From Escherichia phage RCS47, in sequence record NC_042128.1: a DNA stretch of 64,000 bases. One strand, given 5' to 3'. Position 1 is the first letter of the stretch. Every line of letters starts with the position of its first letter. The translations under genes were made by a program, and so were the position numbers. Shown here piece after piece: positions 10,201 through 22,397 of the stretch. The notes beneath the pieces were generated by a model. It did no database searches, was not told the origin of the DNA, and was given only the letters and a program-made list of their open reading frames with translations.

Positions 10201-10993
10201 TACTGGTCCCGTTTGCGTCAAAAGTACCGGTAGGCAAGCGGTGGGCACCAAGAAATTCAGCTTTACGGGATAGGCGCAGGCGTAACCGCTTCATGTTTGA
10301 ACCTGAAACAATGGACGGCGGCACAATCACGCACATGAATCCGCCTGGCTTTATCTTGTCCAGCATGCGGAGCATGAAGTAAGAACCCATGTCCATTTCT
10401 TCTGCGTAAGGCTTATCGATGTTGCGTGTGTTATCACGACCGCCGAACGGAACGTTACCCACAACATGGTCGAATGAATCATTAGGTGTGCTTATAGCCA
10501 GCTGTTCGAACGGGGAAATCTGTACGCTGTCTTCCGGGTGTAACAGCTGGTTTATACGACCGGAAACACTGCTGATCTCAGTCGCGGTAATCACCGTACC
10601 AACCGGTTTTGTCTCATTAAAAACGCCGGTGCCCGCCGATGGTTCCAGAGTGTTACCTACGTCCGCGCCGTAGAGCTTCATGATCTCCCAGACACCTTCA
10701 GCGATCGGCTTTGGTGTGTAATATTCGGAGACGGACCCGCCAATGCCGCCTTCACCGGTGTACCCAGCCAGGATCTGGCGCTGTTCATCTGTCAGTGTCG
10801 CGCCGTCCACCAGCGAATTAAGCAAATCTATCGCCTTCTGATTCGCCTCCCGGCGCAGTCGGTCATAGCTTTTGCCTTCCACCTTTTCCACGCCGTATCT
10901 AATCGGCGCTCGGTGAGATGTTATTGCCCTAATGTATTTCAATATTTCGCTGACACTTGAACAGCGAAACACCCCCATAGATAGCTTTTTCAT
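4226..10993 (-). CDS. darB: DarB antirestriction protein (methyltransferase plus helicase domains)
   Basis: single 2255-aa ORF; contains helicase-like motifs (GTGLGKTTTA, DEGHNYRN); size equals P1 DarB. Confidence 0.85.
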   Translation of the reverse strand: MKKLSMGVFRCSSVSEILKYIRAITSHRAPIRYGVEKVEGKSYDRLRREANQKAIDLLNSLVDGATLTDEQRQILAGYTGEGGIGGSVSEYYTPKPIAEGVWEIMKLYGADVGNTLEPSAGTGVFNETKPVGTVITATEISSVSGRINQLLHPEDSVQISPFEQLAISTPNDSFDHVVGNVPFGGRDNTRNIDKPYAEEMDMGSYFMLRMLDKIKPGGFMCVIVPPSIVSGSNMKRLRLRLSRKAEFLGAHRLPTGTFDANGTSTVVDVVLMRKHPAEMAEKIPLVDESTLESANMLWPTFISGKWFEKDGRRFVHGTQEKGFRGRIEVRANGQIDNQALKAKLIHRFESRIDWSLLDMAEPSPTADVVGEGEMRLINGVWQKYAGGRWIEADAGKELKIDAASYGADSWEALQRNLTTTEGRLGMTFTQMANVRDKYTTSISDDMVQLVDWINSQPEKYRERLYRGAMIGRMLIEYQDMKAAGHSAEQIEQQRLSLVSRLQAEIDRFGNPGRGPIAKLSGSGARAWFAFRGAIKLDGTISDELTGKLVTHDSSASYDSTSYQDTLRYLYSDLTRDPIQLDDFRLAFTGELPASDDELLNLLASTPGIAVSPYGGIVPFARATSGDINEIVAPKQEFLATLPDGPVKNNVLNQLAAIEEKRIKTPAENIRFKLNSRWFDRSVILEFLQENGYPDLRYVQSVQLEGDEMVSDTYHGGDGLFVGQRYGVVQRKDKETGEIRYEWDRKSGENATGFPAQLEKYLNGARIGGKDSATANGYREQMALLEDQFNKWIKTHDRYDELVAKYNDVFNSNIPYEHSGDPLGLKGLSGKRQPFDYQNSEVRRLSEDGRGILGFGTGLGKTTTALALEAFNYENGRSTRTAYVVPKSVLENWYYEAKEFLSEEAFSNYLFVGLDVLMDGDQIRQVPVLDENGKPVLGTDGTPVMRDALKLADEATITARMNAIPHSNYRAVVFTKEQYARIPLRDDTVDEHAQDMLYDFVAAGRVASAMDSDSHRKEAARRRVLSEYSDTGTEKAEKYPYFEDMGFDSVIADEGHNYRNSYKNGREASQLAYLPTSAVAQSARDMAIKNAYLMKKNGGRGPVLLTATPVVNTPIDAYNMLSHVLPKEYWQKMGIYGPDDFVKFFGKTRLETVQKISGEVEEKMALVGFENLDALRGIFHRWTTLKTAEDVKDTVEIPALDEHQQDAPLTEEQLAAYEELRQQAEATAKANNGVTTSVNEDGVIEHEKARPIFSIIRDMDRVCTDMDLYYRRITYRFLPEYADAVQQLADSLPKQATSEDDDSDDSITQQSQYSLIDKGEFIQLQVPEAFEQEVNKRLARFGIDEQTVTHPVTPKYAKLIATLKEFFPEGKQIIFTDEKTQHQKLKRIICNALNLEPSKVGILNAQTVAEAGKTGKKLKAVKPPKELPDEPTDAQIAKYNEQMALYDAYIAQQNEMSLGGLEKIAADFQEGRTPIIICNKKAEVGINLHRGTTDIHHLTLPWTPASIAQRNGRGARVGSNRASVRVHYYCGKGSFDEYRLKTLKRKAGWISDILRSDKSEMENADANDMIEMQMYTAKDDGERLAMMQVQMDKAKAAQRARQKEQATIDLQSYIKAQHAAGEDAEVLTAELERSKAELEKTTAEVAKFKQAVMAKAADNADWKARWGSVHHTDRTLLAQYRASLKSAIQRKANISQAISRYEKLLNRTQKAATDIKRLRPLVEDAINKGILDVDPDLVNHANEFLVIGDRSWRVGQYYDCAGDIVRIKSLDFDSPRADVEIIFTFKGTKSGNWDVKTLDKQVDVTPDEDAVMQKISGGVSIAGINDIISCDDFYRFQQRGMIKITDSYGVQTTESGYSIDFVGTYTDPLKHAVYPDRRDGALKSSIAKWVLGMMSEGNNRQIRSAETFLVELFGSNYGDVIASYGDTLSPEAIQEKIADAIARMPEKTSQGSTRNGDSELEVTNAIFGTNEFRASDYEITTAQFGTIGIYSNKDEIKQAMDAASARIAAERKANLNHAVAALTQSWVTAIREAATTGKITPAIADVVNDGSKFMDAYQMDAVKLPSAYGQLSYRMTYNLVSMFSDLAILGLVDLNEVTPELLSMRKNHVEILQRVNTVLAGRTDEEKQADADRINLALGNITEEEIAARNEKQEELSSIQGDATSIAQSLGLNYRVSTADLKMMYAPKFAAGEVFGLQEASGMKGVLFRAKDAIKAKFGARWLPAKAKNSDFPGNWWIIETKHNVADVLAVIQQYA

Positions 10994-11059
10994 TGGTAAT
11001 CCTTAACAAGTGACTAGTGTTAAATTCCGTTGAAACACGATGCGAATTATTCTAATTAA

Positions 11060-13790
<2,731 letters not shown>

Positions 13791-13795
13791 CCATC

Positions 13796-13828
13796 AAAAA
13801 TAACCCCGGCGGCTGCCGGGGTTCTCGT
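13796..13828. terminator. bidirectional hairpin terminator between pro and lyz operons
   Basis: CCCCGGC-GGCT-GCCGGGG flanked by A5 and TTCTCGTT. Confidence 0.5.
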
Positions 13829-13834
13829 TAACTA

Positions 13835-14089
13835 TTATCGCCTTCGTCTGCGTGCCATATATTTGCGCACCGCGCGACGTGGGCAATCTGAAGCGGTTTC
13901 TTTCTGCTGCATCAATCTTGCAGCCATGCTCAAAAATGTCAGGCACAGCCGAAGCCCGGCATATAATAGCGGTTCCAGTGGCCACGTCTCATTGAGCACA
14001 TATACCGCCATGAAAATCGAGTCGAAAACTATCGCCGCGAGCGATAACTTCATTGTCGAAAGTCGGCGGAGCTGCCGGAGTTTATTCAT
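13835..14089 (-). CDS. small membrane protein translationally coupled to lyz
   Basis: 84 aa, two hydrophobic segments and Arg-rich C-terminus; ATG overlaps lyz stop. Confidence 0.35.
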   Translation of the reverse strand: MNKLRQLRRLSTMKLSLAAIVFDSIFMAVYVLNETWPLEPLLYAGLRLCLTFLSMAARLMQQKETASDCPRRAVRKYMARRRRR

Positions 14090-14639
14090 TGACCAGTCCC
14101 GTCAGGCAAAGCTGGCGTTCTTTTTCACGGCGAATCTTTAAACCTCGCAGGGGCACGCCGTTACTGTTCACGAAATCAGGGAGATGGTTACACATATTCA
14201 CCCATTCCCCTTTCTGCGCCCACTTGTGGATGGACGTTTCTACTCGCATGCCTCGCGCTTTGCTGTAGTAGGTCCGTAAGCTATTGCATCCCATATTGAA
14301 TGCCGCGCTTGTCATTGCACTGAAGGCATTATCGGGCATGTCTTTGCCCCGGAAGTGCTGATTAATACAGCGTTCAGCGATCAGGATATTCTTTTCCCAA
14401 TCAGCGGCGATTTGCTGGTCGGTTTTTCGCACACCCGGCGTTACCCCGTGTGTATTACCGATCCCGTCAGTCCATACCCCCGCCGGGCACATGTATGGAT
14501 CACGTCGGCAACCTTCAGCGTTACCAATCAGCTCAAGCCCCGCCTGGTTGGTTCGCACATTGCCATTACCCATCACGATGGTAATCATCACCGCGATAGC
14601 GCAAATTGCACCGCCTCCTGCGGCTGTTTTTCCCTTCAT
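14082..14639 (-). CDS. lyz: Lyz endolysin with N-terminal signal-anchor-release domain
   Basis: 185 aa from ATG at 14637-14639; MKGKTAAGGGAICAIAVMITIVMGNG... followed by lysozyme-like sequence. Confidence 0.85.
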   Translation of the reverse strand: MKGKTAAGGGAICAIAVMITIVMGNGNVRTNQAGLELIGNAEGCRRDPYMCPAGVWTDGIGNTHGVTPGVRKTDQQIAADWEKNILIAERCINQHFRGKDMPDNAFSAMTSAAFNMGCNSLRTYYSKARGMRVETSIHKWAQKGEWVNMCNHLPDFVNSNGVPLRGLKIRREKERQLCLTGLVNE

Positions 14640-14772
14640 AAAGACCTCATAAGCGAATTTTTTACGCTCCAGGACAAACACTCATTCACAGCCAATACCG
14701 ACTGACTCGATCCCTTTAGAAGGCACAGGATAATGCAAATCACTTGTTAGCCACGTTTCAAAGATATACATT

Positions 14773-14789
14773 ATTGCTCTAATTAATTT
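14773..14789. promoter_or_regulatory. C1 operator-like site upstream of ssb
   Basis: ATTGCTCTAATTAATTT, 20 bp upstream of ssb start. Confidence 0.55.
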
Positions 14790-14808
14790 ATTTTATTAGG
14801 TAAGAAAA

Positions 14809-15297
14809 GTGGCACAACGCGGTGTAAACAAAGTCATCCTGATTGGTACCCTGGGGCAAGACCCGGAGATCAGGTATATACCAAATGGCGGCGCAGTCGG
14901 AAGACTCAGCATCGCAACGAATGAATCATGGCGCGATAAGCAAACGGGCCAACAGAAAGAGCAAACAGAATGGCATAAAGTCGTTTTGTTCGGAAAACTT
15001 GCTGAAATTGCGAGTGAGTATTTACGAAAAGGTTCTCAGGTCTACATCGAAGGGAAACTTAAAACCCGTAAGTGGACTGATGACGCCGGTGTAGAACGTT
15101 ACACGACGGAAATTATCGTCAGCCAGGGCGGCACCATGCAAATGATCGGCACTCGCCGCGACGATTCACAGTCCTCAAATGGCTGGGGGCAGTCAAACCA
15201 ACCTCAAAACCACCAGCAATACAGCGGTGGCGGCAAACCTCAGAGCAGCGCCAATAACGAACCTCCAATGGACTTTGACGACGATATTCCGTTTTGA
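14809..15297 (+). CDS. ssb: single-stranded DNA-binding protein
   Basis: 162 aa, GTG start; OB-fold region plus Gly/Gln-rich tail ending DFDDDIPF. Confidence 0.9.
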   Translation: MAQRGVNKVILIGTLGQDPEIRYIPNGGAVGRLSIATNESWRDKQTGQQKEQTEWHKVVLFGKLAEIASEYLRKGSQVYIEGKLKTRKWTDDAGVERYTTEIIVSQGGTMQMIGTRRDDSQSSNGWGQSNQPQNHQQYSGGGKPQSSANNEPPMDFDDDIPF

Positions 15298-15494
15298 ATG
15301 TGTAAAAAACGACTGAAAGAAAAGCGGTGGTCCAGACGCCGACAAAAGCACGAACTCGCAAACAAACGCCAAAGTTGGCAATGGCACACGCTTTTCACGA
15401 AAAGAACACCCCGAGATATTGCGTTCGCTGGTGGGAAAACATTCCTGCCCCACCTGAAGGCGCAATACATCAGGTTTTAAGCAGAGGAAAGACT

Positions 15495-15946
15495 ATGAAT
15501 AACATGACAACGAAAGAGCTTTTGACGGCACTTCCAAAATACAAAAGCCATAAAACAGTTCGCGCCTCAAAAATCAAAGATATCGAAATTATCGCCCTAA
15601 TGGATGTGGTCCTTTTTTGCAACATCGAAGTCGTTGAGCCAGAAGGGGTAAAAGTCCATGTTGATAAAATATTTTTGCAAAAACACCGACCAGAAATTGG
15701 CGGATATCTGGTCGCTTATGAGGACGGATCTCTGTCCTATTCACCAGAAAAAACATTTGAAGAAGGCTTTAGTCGGACTAACGACTTCTTCGAAAATGGG
15801 GTATCGCTCAGCATTGAAGGTCACAATGGGGTGACATTCATTACAGCCAGGGACGTAACTATTTCTGCTGGCGGTATCGCTACTCTACAAGAAGAAATCG
15901 ACCTTGAAGCAGCCGACTTTTCTGACGCGCTGATGTGGCTGAAGGA
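15495..15946 (+). pseudogene. 5' part of a phage gene interrupted by the IS26 unit
   Basis: ORF from ATG 15495 runs in frame into the IS26 left end; its continuation is found after the second IS26 at 25584. Confidence 0.65.
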
Positions 15947-16766
15947 GGCACTGTTGCAAATAGTCGGTGGTGATAAACTTATCATCCCCTTTTGCTGATG
16001 GAGCTGCACATGAACCCATTCAAAGGCCGGCATTTTCAGCGTGACATCATTCTGTGGGCCGTACGCTGGTACTGCAAATACGGCATCAGTTACCGTGAGC
16101 TGCAGGAGATGCTGGCTGAACGCGGAGTGAATGTCGATCACTCCACGATTTACCGCTGGGTTCAGCGTTATGCGCCTGAAATGGAAAAACGGCTGCGCTG
16201 GTACTGGCGTAACCCTTCCGATCTTTGCCCGTGGCACATGGATGAAACCTACGTGAAGGTCAATGGCCGCTGGGCGTATCTGTACCGGGCCGTCGACAGC
16301 CGGGGCCGCACTGTCGATTTTTATCTCTCCTCCCGTCGTAACAGCAAAGCTGCATACCGGTTTCTGGGTAAAATCCTCAACAACGTGAAGAAGTGGCAGA
16401 TCCCGCGATTCATCAACACGGATAAAGCGCCCGCCTATGGTCGCGCGCTTGCTCTGCTCAAACGCGAAGGCCGGTGCCCGTCTGACGTTGAACACCGACA
16501 GATTAAGTACCGGAACAACGTGATTGAATGCGATCATGGCAAACTGAAACGGATAATCGGCGCCACGCTGGGATTTAAATCCATGAAGACGGCTTACGCC
16601 ACCATCAAAGGTATTGAGGTGATGCGTGCACTACGCAAAGGCCAGGCCTCAGCATTTTATTATGGTGATCCCCTGGGCGAAATGCGCCTGGTAAGCAGAG
16701 TTTTTGAAATGTAAGGCCTTTGAATAAGACAAAAGGCTGCCTCATCGCTAACTTTGCAACAGTGCC
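15947..16766 (+). mobile_element. IS26 copy 1
   Basis: 820 bp, ends GGCACTGTTGCAAA ... TTTGCAACAGTGCC. Confidence 0.92.
16010..16714 (+). CDS. tnpA: IS26 transposase
   Basis: 234 aa [35 protein letters not shown]... Confidence 0.95.
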   Translation: MNPFKGRHFQRDIILWAVRWYCKYGISYRELQEMLAERGVNVDHSTIYRWVQRYAPEMEKRLRWYWRNPSDLCPWHMDETYVKVNGRWAYLYRAVDSRGRTVDFYLSSRRNSKAAYRFLGKILNNVKKWQIPRFINTDKAPAYGRALALLKREGRCPSDVEHRQIKYRNNVIECDHGKLKRIIGATLGFKSMKTAYATIKGIEVMRALRKGQASAFYYGDPLGEMRLVSRVFEM

Positions 16767-17421
16767 TTTCGCCCTCATCCGGTTCATGACGGTCGGGCAG
16801 GGAGGCAATCTGAATATGGCGATACTGGCCGGCATATTCGGTAATAAGATGGCTTAAATTGCCGTCCACCTTCTGCGCGTGAAACAGATCTAACTGCACC
16901 GCCAGGTTCGGCCTGTCGACCCGTTTCACCATCGCCAGCGTCTGATATTGACTGTGGTAGAGATAGCCCGGTTTGGTCTGCGGATTCAGCGCTTCGATGA
17001 GTATCCGCTTGTCGTGGCGGGCAAAGCACTCCGCCGCGTAGCGCAGATTATCGATAAGCACGGCCTCGCAGGCTGCGCGATCCGCTCCCGGCGGCACCAC
17101 GCCGGCCATGATATGCACCTGCGGGCAACCGAGCTGGCAGGCATACTCCAGCGCCAGCTCAATATCGCGTCGGGCCTCCGCGCTTCTCCCGGGGATGGCG
17201 GCGAGCCCCCATTCTCCGGCGTTGACGTCGCCGGGTGGGGTATTGAACAGCACCAGCTGCAGCTGGTTCTCCTGCAGGCGCTGTCTGATTTCCCCGGCGG
17301 CATACTCATAGGGAAACAGAAACTCAACGGCTTCAAATCCCGCCCGGGCAGCGGCGGCAAAGCGTTCCAGGAACGGCAGTTCGGTAAACAGCATGGATAA
17401 ATTTGCAGCGAATTTTGGCAT
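16767..17421 (-). pseudogene. ygbM: ygbM-like hydroxypyruvate isomerase family gene, 3' end truncated by IS26
   Basis: N-terminal ~218 aa intact, reading frame continues into IS26. Confidence 0.65.
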
Positions 17422-17425
17422 GGTT

Positions 17426-18046
17426 TTATCTCAGTTCTTTTACTTCGTCAGCGGTCAGGTAGCGGATCTCGCGGTTGCCGAGGGTAAATATCAGCCGTGC
17501 GGTCTCTTCCAGTTCCTCGGTATTGTTGGTGGCTTCGCGCAGCGATGAGCCAGTAACCACCGGTCCGTGGTTGGCCAGTAAAAAGGCGTTATAGCGGGGC
17601 GCCAGCCCGGCCAGCGCCTGGGCAATACGGTCATCGCCCGGCCGGTAGTAGGGAACCACCGGGACGTCGCCGACGCGCATCACCACATAGGGGGTAAAGG
17701 GGCGGATACAGTTGTGCGGATCGAGCCCCTGCAGGCAGGAGAGCGCGGTCAGATAGTGGCTGTGCAAGTGGACGATCGCCTTGCAGGCCGGGTTGTGCAA
17801 ATAGACTGCCCGGTGAAAAGTGACCTCTTTCGACGGTTTGTCGCCGGAGATCCATTCTCCTTGCAGCGTCACCACCGACAACCGCTGAGCCTGCAGTTCG
17901 CCGAGGCAGGCGCCGGTCGGCGTCGCCAGCAGGTTGCCGTCCGGCAGCAGCAGCGACAGATTGCCAGCGGAGCCGGTGGCATAGCCGCGGCTAAATAACG
18001 AGGCGCCAATCTGCACCATTTCCTCTCGCAGTTGTTGCTCAGTCAT
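17426..18046 (-). CDS. ygbL: class II aldolase/adducin family protein (YgbL-like)
   Basis: 206 aa from ATG 18046; part of ygbJKLM-type operon. Confidence 0.65.
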   Translation of the reverse strand: MTEQQLREEMVQIGASLFSRGYATGSAGNLSLLLPDGNLLATPTGACLGELQAQRLSVVTLQGEWISGDKPSKEVTFHRAVYLHNPACKAIVHLHSHYLTALSCLQGLDPHNCIRPFTPYVVMRVGDVPVVPYYRPGDDRIAQALAGLAPRYNAFLLANHGPVVTGSSLREATNNTEELEETARLIFTLGNREIRYLTADEVKELR

Positions 18047-19304
18047 GACGAAACTCCTGCTGGGCACGGGCAAAGAACTGGATATCGCCGAAGTTACCTG
18101 ACTTCAGCGCCAGGGAGAGCGGCTGGCGGGTGTCACGCACCCAGGGCACGCCAGGGGAGATGGTCGGCCCAATATGGAACGCCTCAACCCCCAGGGTCTG
18201 CGCCACAATGCTCGACGTTTCCCCTCCGGCCACAATAAAGCGGGTAAATCCTTTCGCCTTCAGGGCGGCGGCAAGAGCGGCAAACAGCTGTTCCACCCGT
18301 TCGCTGCTGGCCTTGTCGCCATACTGCGCCTGGATCCGCTGCAGCGTTTGCGGCTCGGTGGTGGCATAGATCATCGGCGCCAGCGGCGCATCGCGCTGCG
18401 CGTCCACCCAGTCAGTCAGCGTCCTGACGTAGCTCTCCAGATCGGTAAAGCAGGCGCTTAAGTCGACGGCGCGGGCGGGGGCCTGTTGACGATAGGCCGC
18501 CACCTGGCTGTTGGTCATCACCGAGCAGGAGCCCGAGAGCACCACCGCCGGGCCGACCAGCGGCATGCCGGCCTGAGCGCTTTCACCCCGGGCGCCATGG
18601 CGCTGCGCCAAGTCGCGGGCGAGGCCGATGGCGAGGCCGGAACCGCCGGAGACCAGCTTCATCTCCCGCAGCGCCACGCCCTGGGTGAGCAGATCCTGTT
18701 CGCTGAGGGCGTCGAGCACCACATAGCGCACCGCCGGATCGTTGACTGCCGCCAGCGCGGCGGCGACCGCCTCCGGCCCCCGGGCGACAATCGGCCAGGC
18801 AATCAGCGCGGCTTTTCCGCGCCCCTGGCGCTCAATTAAGCGGCCCAGGTGCGCATCCTCCATCGGCGTCACCGGATGGTGGCGCATCCCGGACTCATTC
18901 AGCAGTTGCTCGCCGACGAACAGATATCCCTGATAGACCGTGCGGCCGTTAACCGGCAGCGCCGGGGAAATCACCGTCCGCGTCTCACCCAGCTCGGCCA
19001 GCAGGGCATCCAGCACCGGGCCAATGTTGCCCTGCGCGGTGCTGTCGAAAGTGGAACAGTACTTGAAATAAAACTGCTGACAGCCCTGGGCCTGCAGCCA
19101 GCGCAGGGCCGCCAGCGACTGGCTGACGGCCATTTCCGCCGGGCAGGAGCGAGTTTTCAGGCTGATGACCACCGCCTCGCTGGTCAGCGGAAGATCGCGG
19201 GTCGGCACGCCATTCAGTTGCACCGTCGGCATGCCGTTGCGCACGAGGAAGCTGGCAATATCCGTGGCGCCGGTGAAGTCATCGGCAATGACACCAAGCT
19301 GCAT
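18039..19304 (-). CDS. ygbK: four-carbon acid sugar kinase family protein (YgbK-like)
   Basis: ~421 aa; operon context. Confidence 0.6.
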   Translation of the reverse strand: MQLGVIADDFTGATDIASFLVRNGMPTVQLNGVPTRDLPLTSEAVVISLKTRSCPAEMAVSQSLAALRWLQAQGCQQFYFKYCSTFDSTAQGNIGPVLDALLAELGETRTVISPALPVNGRTVYQGYLFVGEQLLNESGMRHHPVTPMEDAHLGRLIERQGRGKAALIAWPIVARGPEAVAAALAAVNDPAVRYVVLDALSEQDLLTQGVALREMKLVSGGSGLAIGLARDLAQRHGARGESAQAGMPLVGPAVVLSGSCSVMTNSQVAAYRQQAPARAVDLSACFTDLESYVRTLTDWVDAQRDAPLAPMIYATTEPQTLQRIQAQYGDKASSERVEQLFAALAAALKAKGFTRFIVAGGETSSIVAQTLGVEAFHIGPTISPGVPWVRDTRQPLSLALKSGNFGDIQFFARAQQEFRHD

Positions 19305-19315
19305 GTTGTCTCTCC

Positions 19316-20218
19316 TCACTGTTTATGGCCCGGCAGGGTGATGCCGTTGAAAATCTTGATCACCGCGCTGTCATCTTCCCGACCGAATCCGGCATTACTG
19401 GCGGAGGTGAACATATTCAGCGCGGTGGTAGCGAGCGGCAGCGGGAAGGTCAGCGCCCGGGCAGTGTCATTCACCAGCCCGAGATCTTTGACAAAAATAT
19501 CGACAGCGGATTTTGGCGAGTAATCGCCATCCAGGACGTGCTGCATGCGATTCTCAAACATCCATGAATTACCCGCCGCGTGGGTGACCACGTCATACAT
19601 CGTTTCGAGTGGGATCCCGGCGCGGGCGGCAAGCGCCATCGCTTCGGCGGCAACGGCGATGTGCACCCCGGCCAGCAGCTGATGGATAATTTTTACCGTC
19701 GAGCCAAGACCAATGTCGCTCCCTATGCGGTAGACTTTGCCGGCCACGGCGTCCAGCACCGGCGCGAGGCGGGCAAAGGCGGCATCGCTCCCGGAGGCCA
19801 TCACCGTCATGTCGCCGGCGGCCGCTTTCACGGCGCCGCCCGATACCGGCGCGTCGAGCATCAATAGCTGGTACTCCGCCAGCGCCTCGGCAATGGCCTG
19901 AGCATCGGCGGAAGCGATGGTGGACGACACCATCACGACGGTGCCCGGCTTCAGATGGGCGGCGAGGCCGCTCTCGCCGAACAGGATCCCCCGCACCTGG
20001 GCGGCATTGACCACCAGCAGCACAACTGCATCCAGTTCCGCGGCGAACGGCACCGCGCTGGGGCCCGCGCCATTGGCGCCCGCCGCCAGCAGTGCGCGAC
20101 AGTTGTCGGGATTGATGTCAACGCCCCAGGTGTTCAGGCCCGCCTGCAGGCAGGCGCGGGCGGCGCCCATGCCCATTGAACCCAGTCCAATCACGCAGAC
20201 GTTAGTGTGTGCAGCCAT
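19316..20218 (-). CDS. ygbJ: NAD-dependent 3-hydroxyisobutyrate dehydrogenase family protein (YgbJ-like)
   Basis: 300 aa; N-terminal GLGSMG Rossmann motif. Confidence 0.7.
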   Translation of the reverse strand: MAAHTNVCVIGLGSMGMGAARACLQAGLNTWGVDINPDNCRALLAAGANGAGPSAVPFAAELDAVVLLVVNAAQVRGILFGESGLAAHLKPGTVVMVSSTIASADAQAIAEALAEYQLLMLDAPVSGGAVKAAAGDMTVMASGSDAAFARLAPVLDAVAGKVYRIGSDIGLGSTVKIIHQLLAGVHIAVAAEAMALAARAGIPLETMYDVVTHAAGNSWMFENRMQHVLDGDYSPKSAVDIFVKDLGLVNDTARALTFPLPLATTALNMFTSASNAGFGREDDSAVIKIFNGITLPGHKQ

Positions 20219-20478
20219 GCTGGTCTCCTTGTGAACATTAGTTAATTAATGTGATTTAATGATAGAATAAAGCGTTATCATGTGAATTTATGTGAGAGTT
20301 ATCACGAATAACCCACATGAATATAAAAAATTCACAGGCGGAAAGAGGCTGCACAACGGCGATTCTTGCCCTAAAATAGCGTAAAAACAGCGGCAAAGCG
20401 CGATAACAACACCGGGTGTCGCCAGGGCCGTAGCCTGGGTGGTGACGCCTGGTGTGAAAAAATGGTAAGGGGAGAGCG

Positions 20479-21240
20479 GTGATTCCAATAGAACGACATC
20501 AGCGTATTTTAGCCCTGGTGGAGCAGCGTGGGGCGGTAAGCATTAACGAGCTGACGGAGATCCTCGGCGTGTCCCATATGACCATCCGTCGGGACGTCAG
20601 TAAACTGGAGGAGCAGGGGCTGCTGGTCAGCGTCTCGGGCGGCGTGCGCGCCGTCAGCCGGCTGGCTGCGGAACCCAGTCATCTGGTGAAAAGCACGCTG
20701 CAGAGTGAGGAGAAACAGGCGATCGGCGCGCTGGCGGCGAGTCATATCGCTAAAAACAGTTGCATCTATCTGGATGCCGGGACTACCACCCTGGCGCTGG
20801 CGCGGGCGATCCTCGACCGGAACGATCTCCAGGTGGTCACCAATGATTTTGAGATAACCCAGCTGCTGATCGATGCCAGCCAGTGCGGCGTGATCCACAC
20901 CGGCGGCACTCTGTGCCGGGAGAACCGCTCCTGCGTGGGCGAATCGGCGGCGCGTACGTTACGCCACCTGGCTATCGATACGGCCTTTATCTCCGCCAGC
21001 GGCTGGGACAGTCGCGGGATATTCACCCCTGATGAGAACAAGGTTACCGTCAAGGAGACCGTCAGCCAGGTCAGCGCGAGAAGCATCCTGCTGTGCGACA
21101 GTTCGAAATACAATCAGGTGGCCACGTTTATGGCGTTACCTTTGACCCGGTTCACCACCATCATTACCGACCGGCATCTTTCCGATGCCGCCGCCAGTCA
21201 TATCGCCCGGCACGCCTGCGAGGTGCTGCGGGCCGGATAA
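20479..21240 (+). CDS. ygbI: DeoR family transcriptional regulator (YgbI-like)
   Basis: 253 aa; N-terminal HTH then sugar-binding domain; divergent from ygbJ. Confidence 0.7.
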   Translation: MIPIERHQRILALVEQRGAVSINELTEILGVSHMTIRRDVSKLEEQGLLVSVSGGVRAVSRLAAEPSHLVKSTLQSEEKQAIGALAASHIAKNSCIYLDAGTTTLALARAILDRNDLQVVTNDFEITQLLIDASQCGVIHTGGTLCRENRSCVGESAARTLRHLAIDTAFISASGWDSRGIFTPDENKVTVKETVSQVSARSILLCDSSKYNQVATFMALPLTRFTTIITDRHLSDAAASHIARHACEVLRAG

Positions 21241-21260
21241 CGCGCGCGGCCACCGCCGGG

Positions 21261-22121
21261 TTAGCGTTGCCAGTGCTCGATCAGCGCCGCGCCGATCCCG
21301 GCGATTTGCTGATTTCGCTCGGCCATGCTCGCCGGGGTATCCCGCAGATAAATCACCACAATGCGCTCTGCTTTGTTATTCGGGCCAAGCAGGGCGACAA
21401 TCCCGCGCGCACCCCGCTCGCTAGCTCCGGTCTTATCGGCGATAAACCAGCCCGCCGGCAGCACGGAGCGGATCAACGGTCCGGCGACCCGATCGTCCAC
21501 CATCCACTGCAGCAGCTGCCGTTGCGAACGGGCGCTCAGACGCTGGCTGGTCAGCAGCTTGCGCAGGGTCGCGGCCATGCTGGCCGGGGTAGTGGTGTCG
21601 CGGGCGTCGCCGGGAAGCGCCTCATTCAGTTCCGTTTCCCAGCGGTCAAGGCGGGTGACGTTGTCGCCGATCTGGCGCAAAAAGGCAGTCAATCCTGCGG
21701 GGCCGCCGACGGTGGCCAGTAGCAGATTGGCGGCGCTGTTATCGCTCATGGTAATGGCGGCGGCGCAGAGTTCGCCGACCGTCATGCCGTCGGCAAGGTG
21801 TTTTTCGCTGACCGGCGAGTAGTCCACCAGATCCTGCTGGCGATAGTGGATCTTTCGCTCCAGCTGTTCGTCACCGGCATCCACCCGCGCCAGCACTGCG
21901 CCGCAGAGCACTACTTTAAAGGTGCTCATCATGGGAAAGCGTTCATCGGCGCGCCAGGCGGTCAGCGTGCGGCCGCTGGCCAGATCCATTTCTATCATGC
22001 CTACGCGGCCCGACAGCTGGCTTTCGCTTAGTTTAATTTGCTCAAGCGGCTGCGGGCTGGCGTGTACCGCCAGCGGCAGGGTGGCTAACAGGGAGATAAT
22101 ACACAGGCGAATATAACGCAT
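21261..22121 (-). CDS. blaSHV: SHV class A beta-lactamase, Ser238 variant (SHV-2-like, extended-spectrum)
   Basis: 286 aa [21 protein letters not shown]...; [11 protein letters not shown] with AGC (Ser) codon at Ambler 238, Glu240, Leu35. Confidence 0.93.
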   Translation of the reverse strand: MRYIRLCIISLLATLPLAVHASPQPLEQIKLSESQLSGRVGMIEMDLASGRTLTAWRADERFPMMSTFKVVLCGAVLARVDAGDEQLERKIHYRQQDLVDYSPVSEKHLADGMTVGELCAAAITMSDNSAANLLLATVGGPAGLTAFLRQIGDNVTRLDRWETELNEALPGDARDTTTPASMAATLRKLLTSQRLSARSQRQLLQWMVDDRVAGPLIRSVLPAGWFIADKTGASERGARGIVALLGPNNKAERIVVIYLRDTPASMAERNQQIAGIGAALIEHWQR

Positions 22122-22397
22122 AACCACAATACATCCTTGAGTGAGGGCCGATAAAGGCGAGTAAAGAAGCGACAAATAAGAATAACCCGGCGTTTTGCTG
22201 ATTCACAATTCCTCTTTTTTCCTTCATCATTTTTCATCTTTTATTTCGAATAATCAATATCTAGCCCTGCCTAAGCACGCTATTTTTTGACTCAAGGCCG
22301 TGATGAACTATAAGAAAGTACTAAATACCGCACTCTGTCGGGCGTCGCTGTTTGCCGATCACCACGCCCGCCGGTCCCTGCGGTTCGCCAACGCTAT

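Noticed and set aside
4357-10673. Many 60-180 aa ORFs on the plus strand inside darB
   Set aside because: All are nested within the single uninterrupted 2255-aa darB frame on the opposite strand.
15821-16537. 238-aa minus-strand ORF (same protein start as the 489-aa ORF at 23885-25354)
   Set aside because: It is the antisense strand of the IS26 transposase gene; an open frame opposite a real gene, identical in both IS26 copies, not a separate gene.
16948-19867. Plus-strand ORFs of 80-224 aa across the ygbJKLM genes
   Set aside because: GC-rich antisense frames overlapping convincing operon genes; no ribosome-binding sites or motifs.
21093-21822. Plus-strand ORFs of 209 and 153 aa overlapping blaSHV
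   Set aside because: Antisense to a well-supported beta-lactamase gene in GC-rich DNA, where long spurious ORFs are common.
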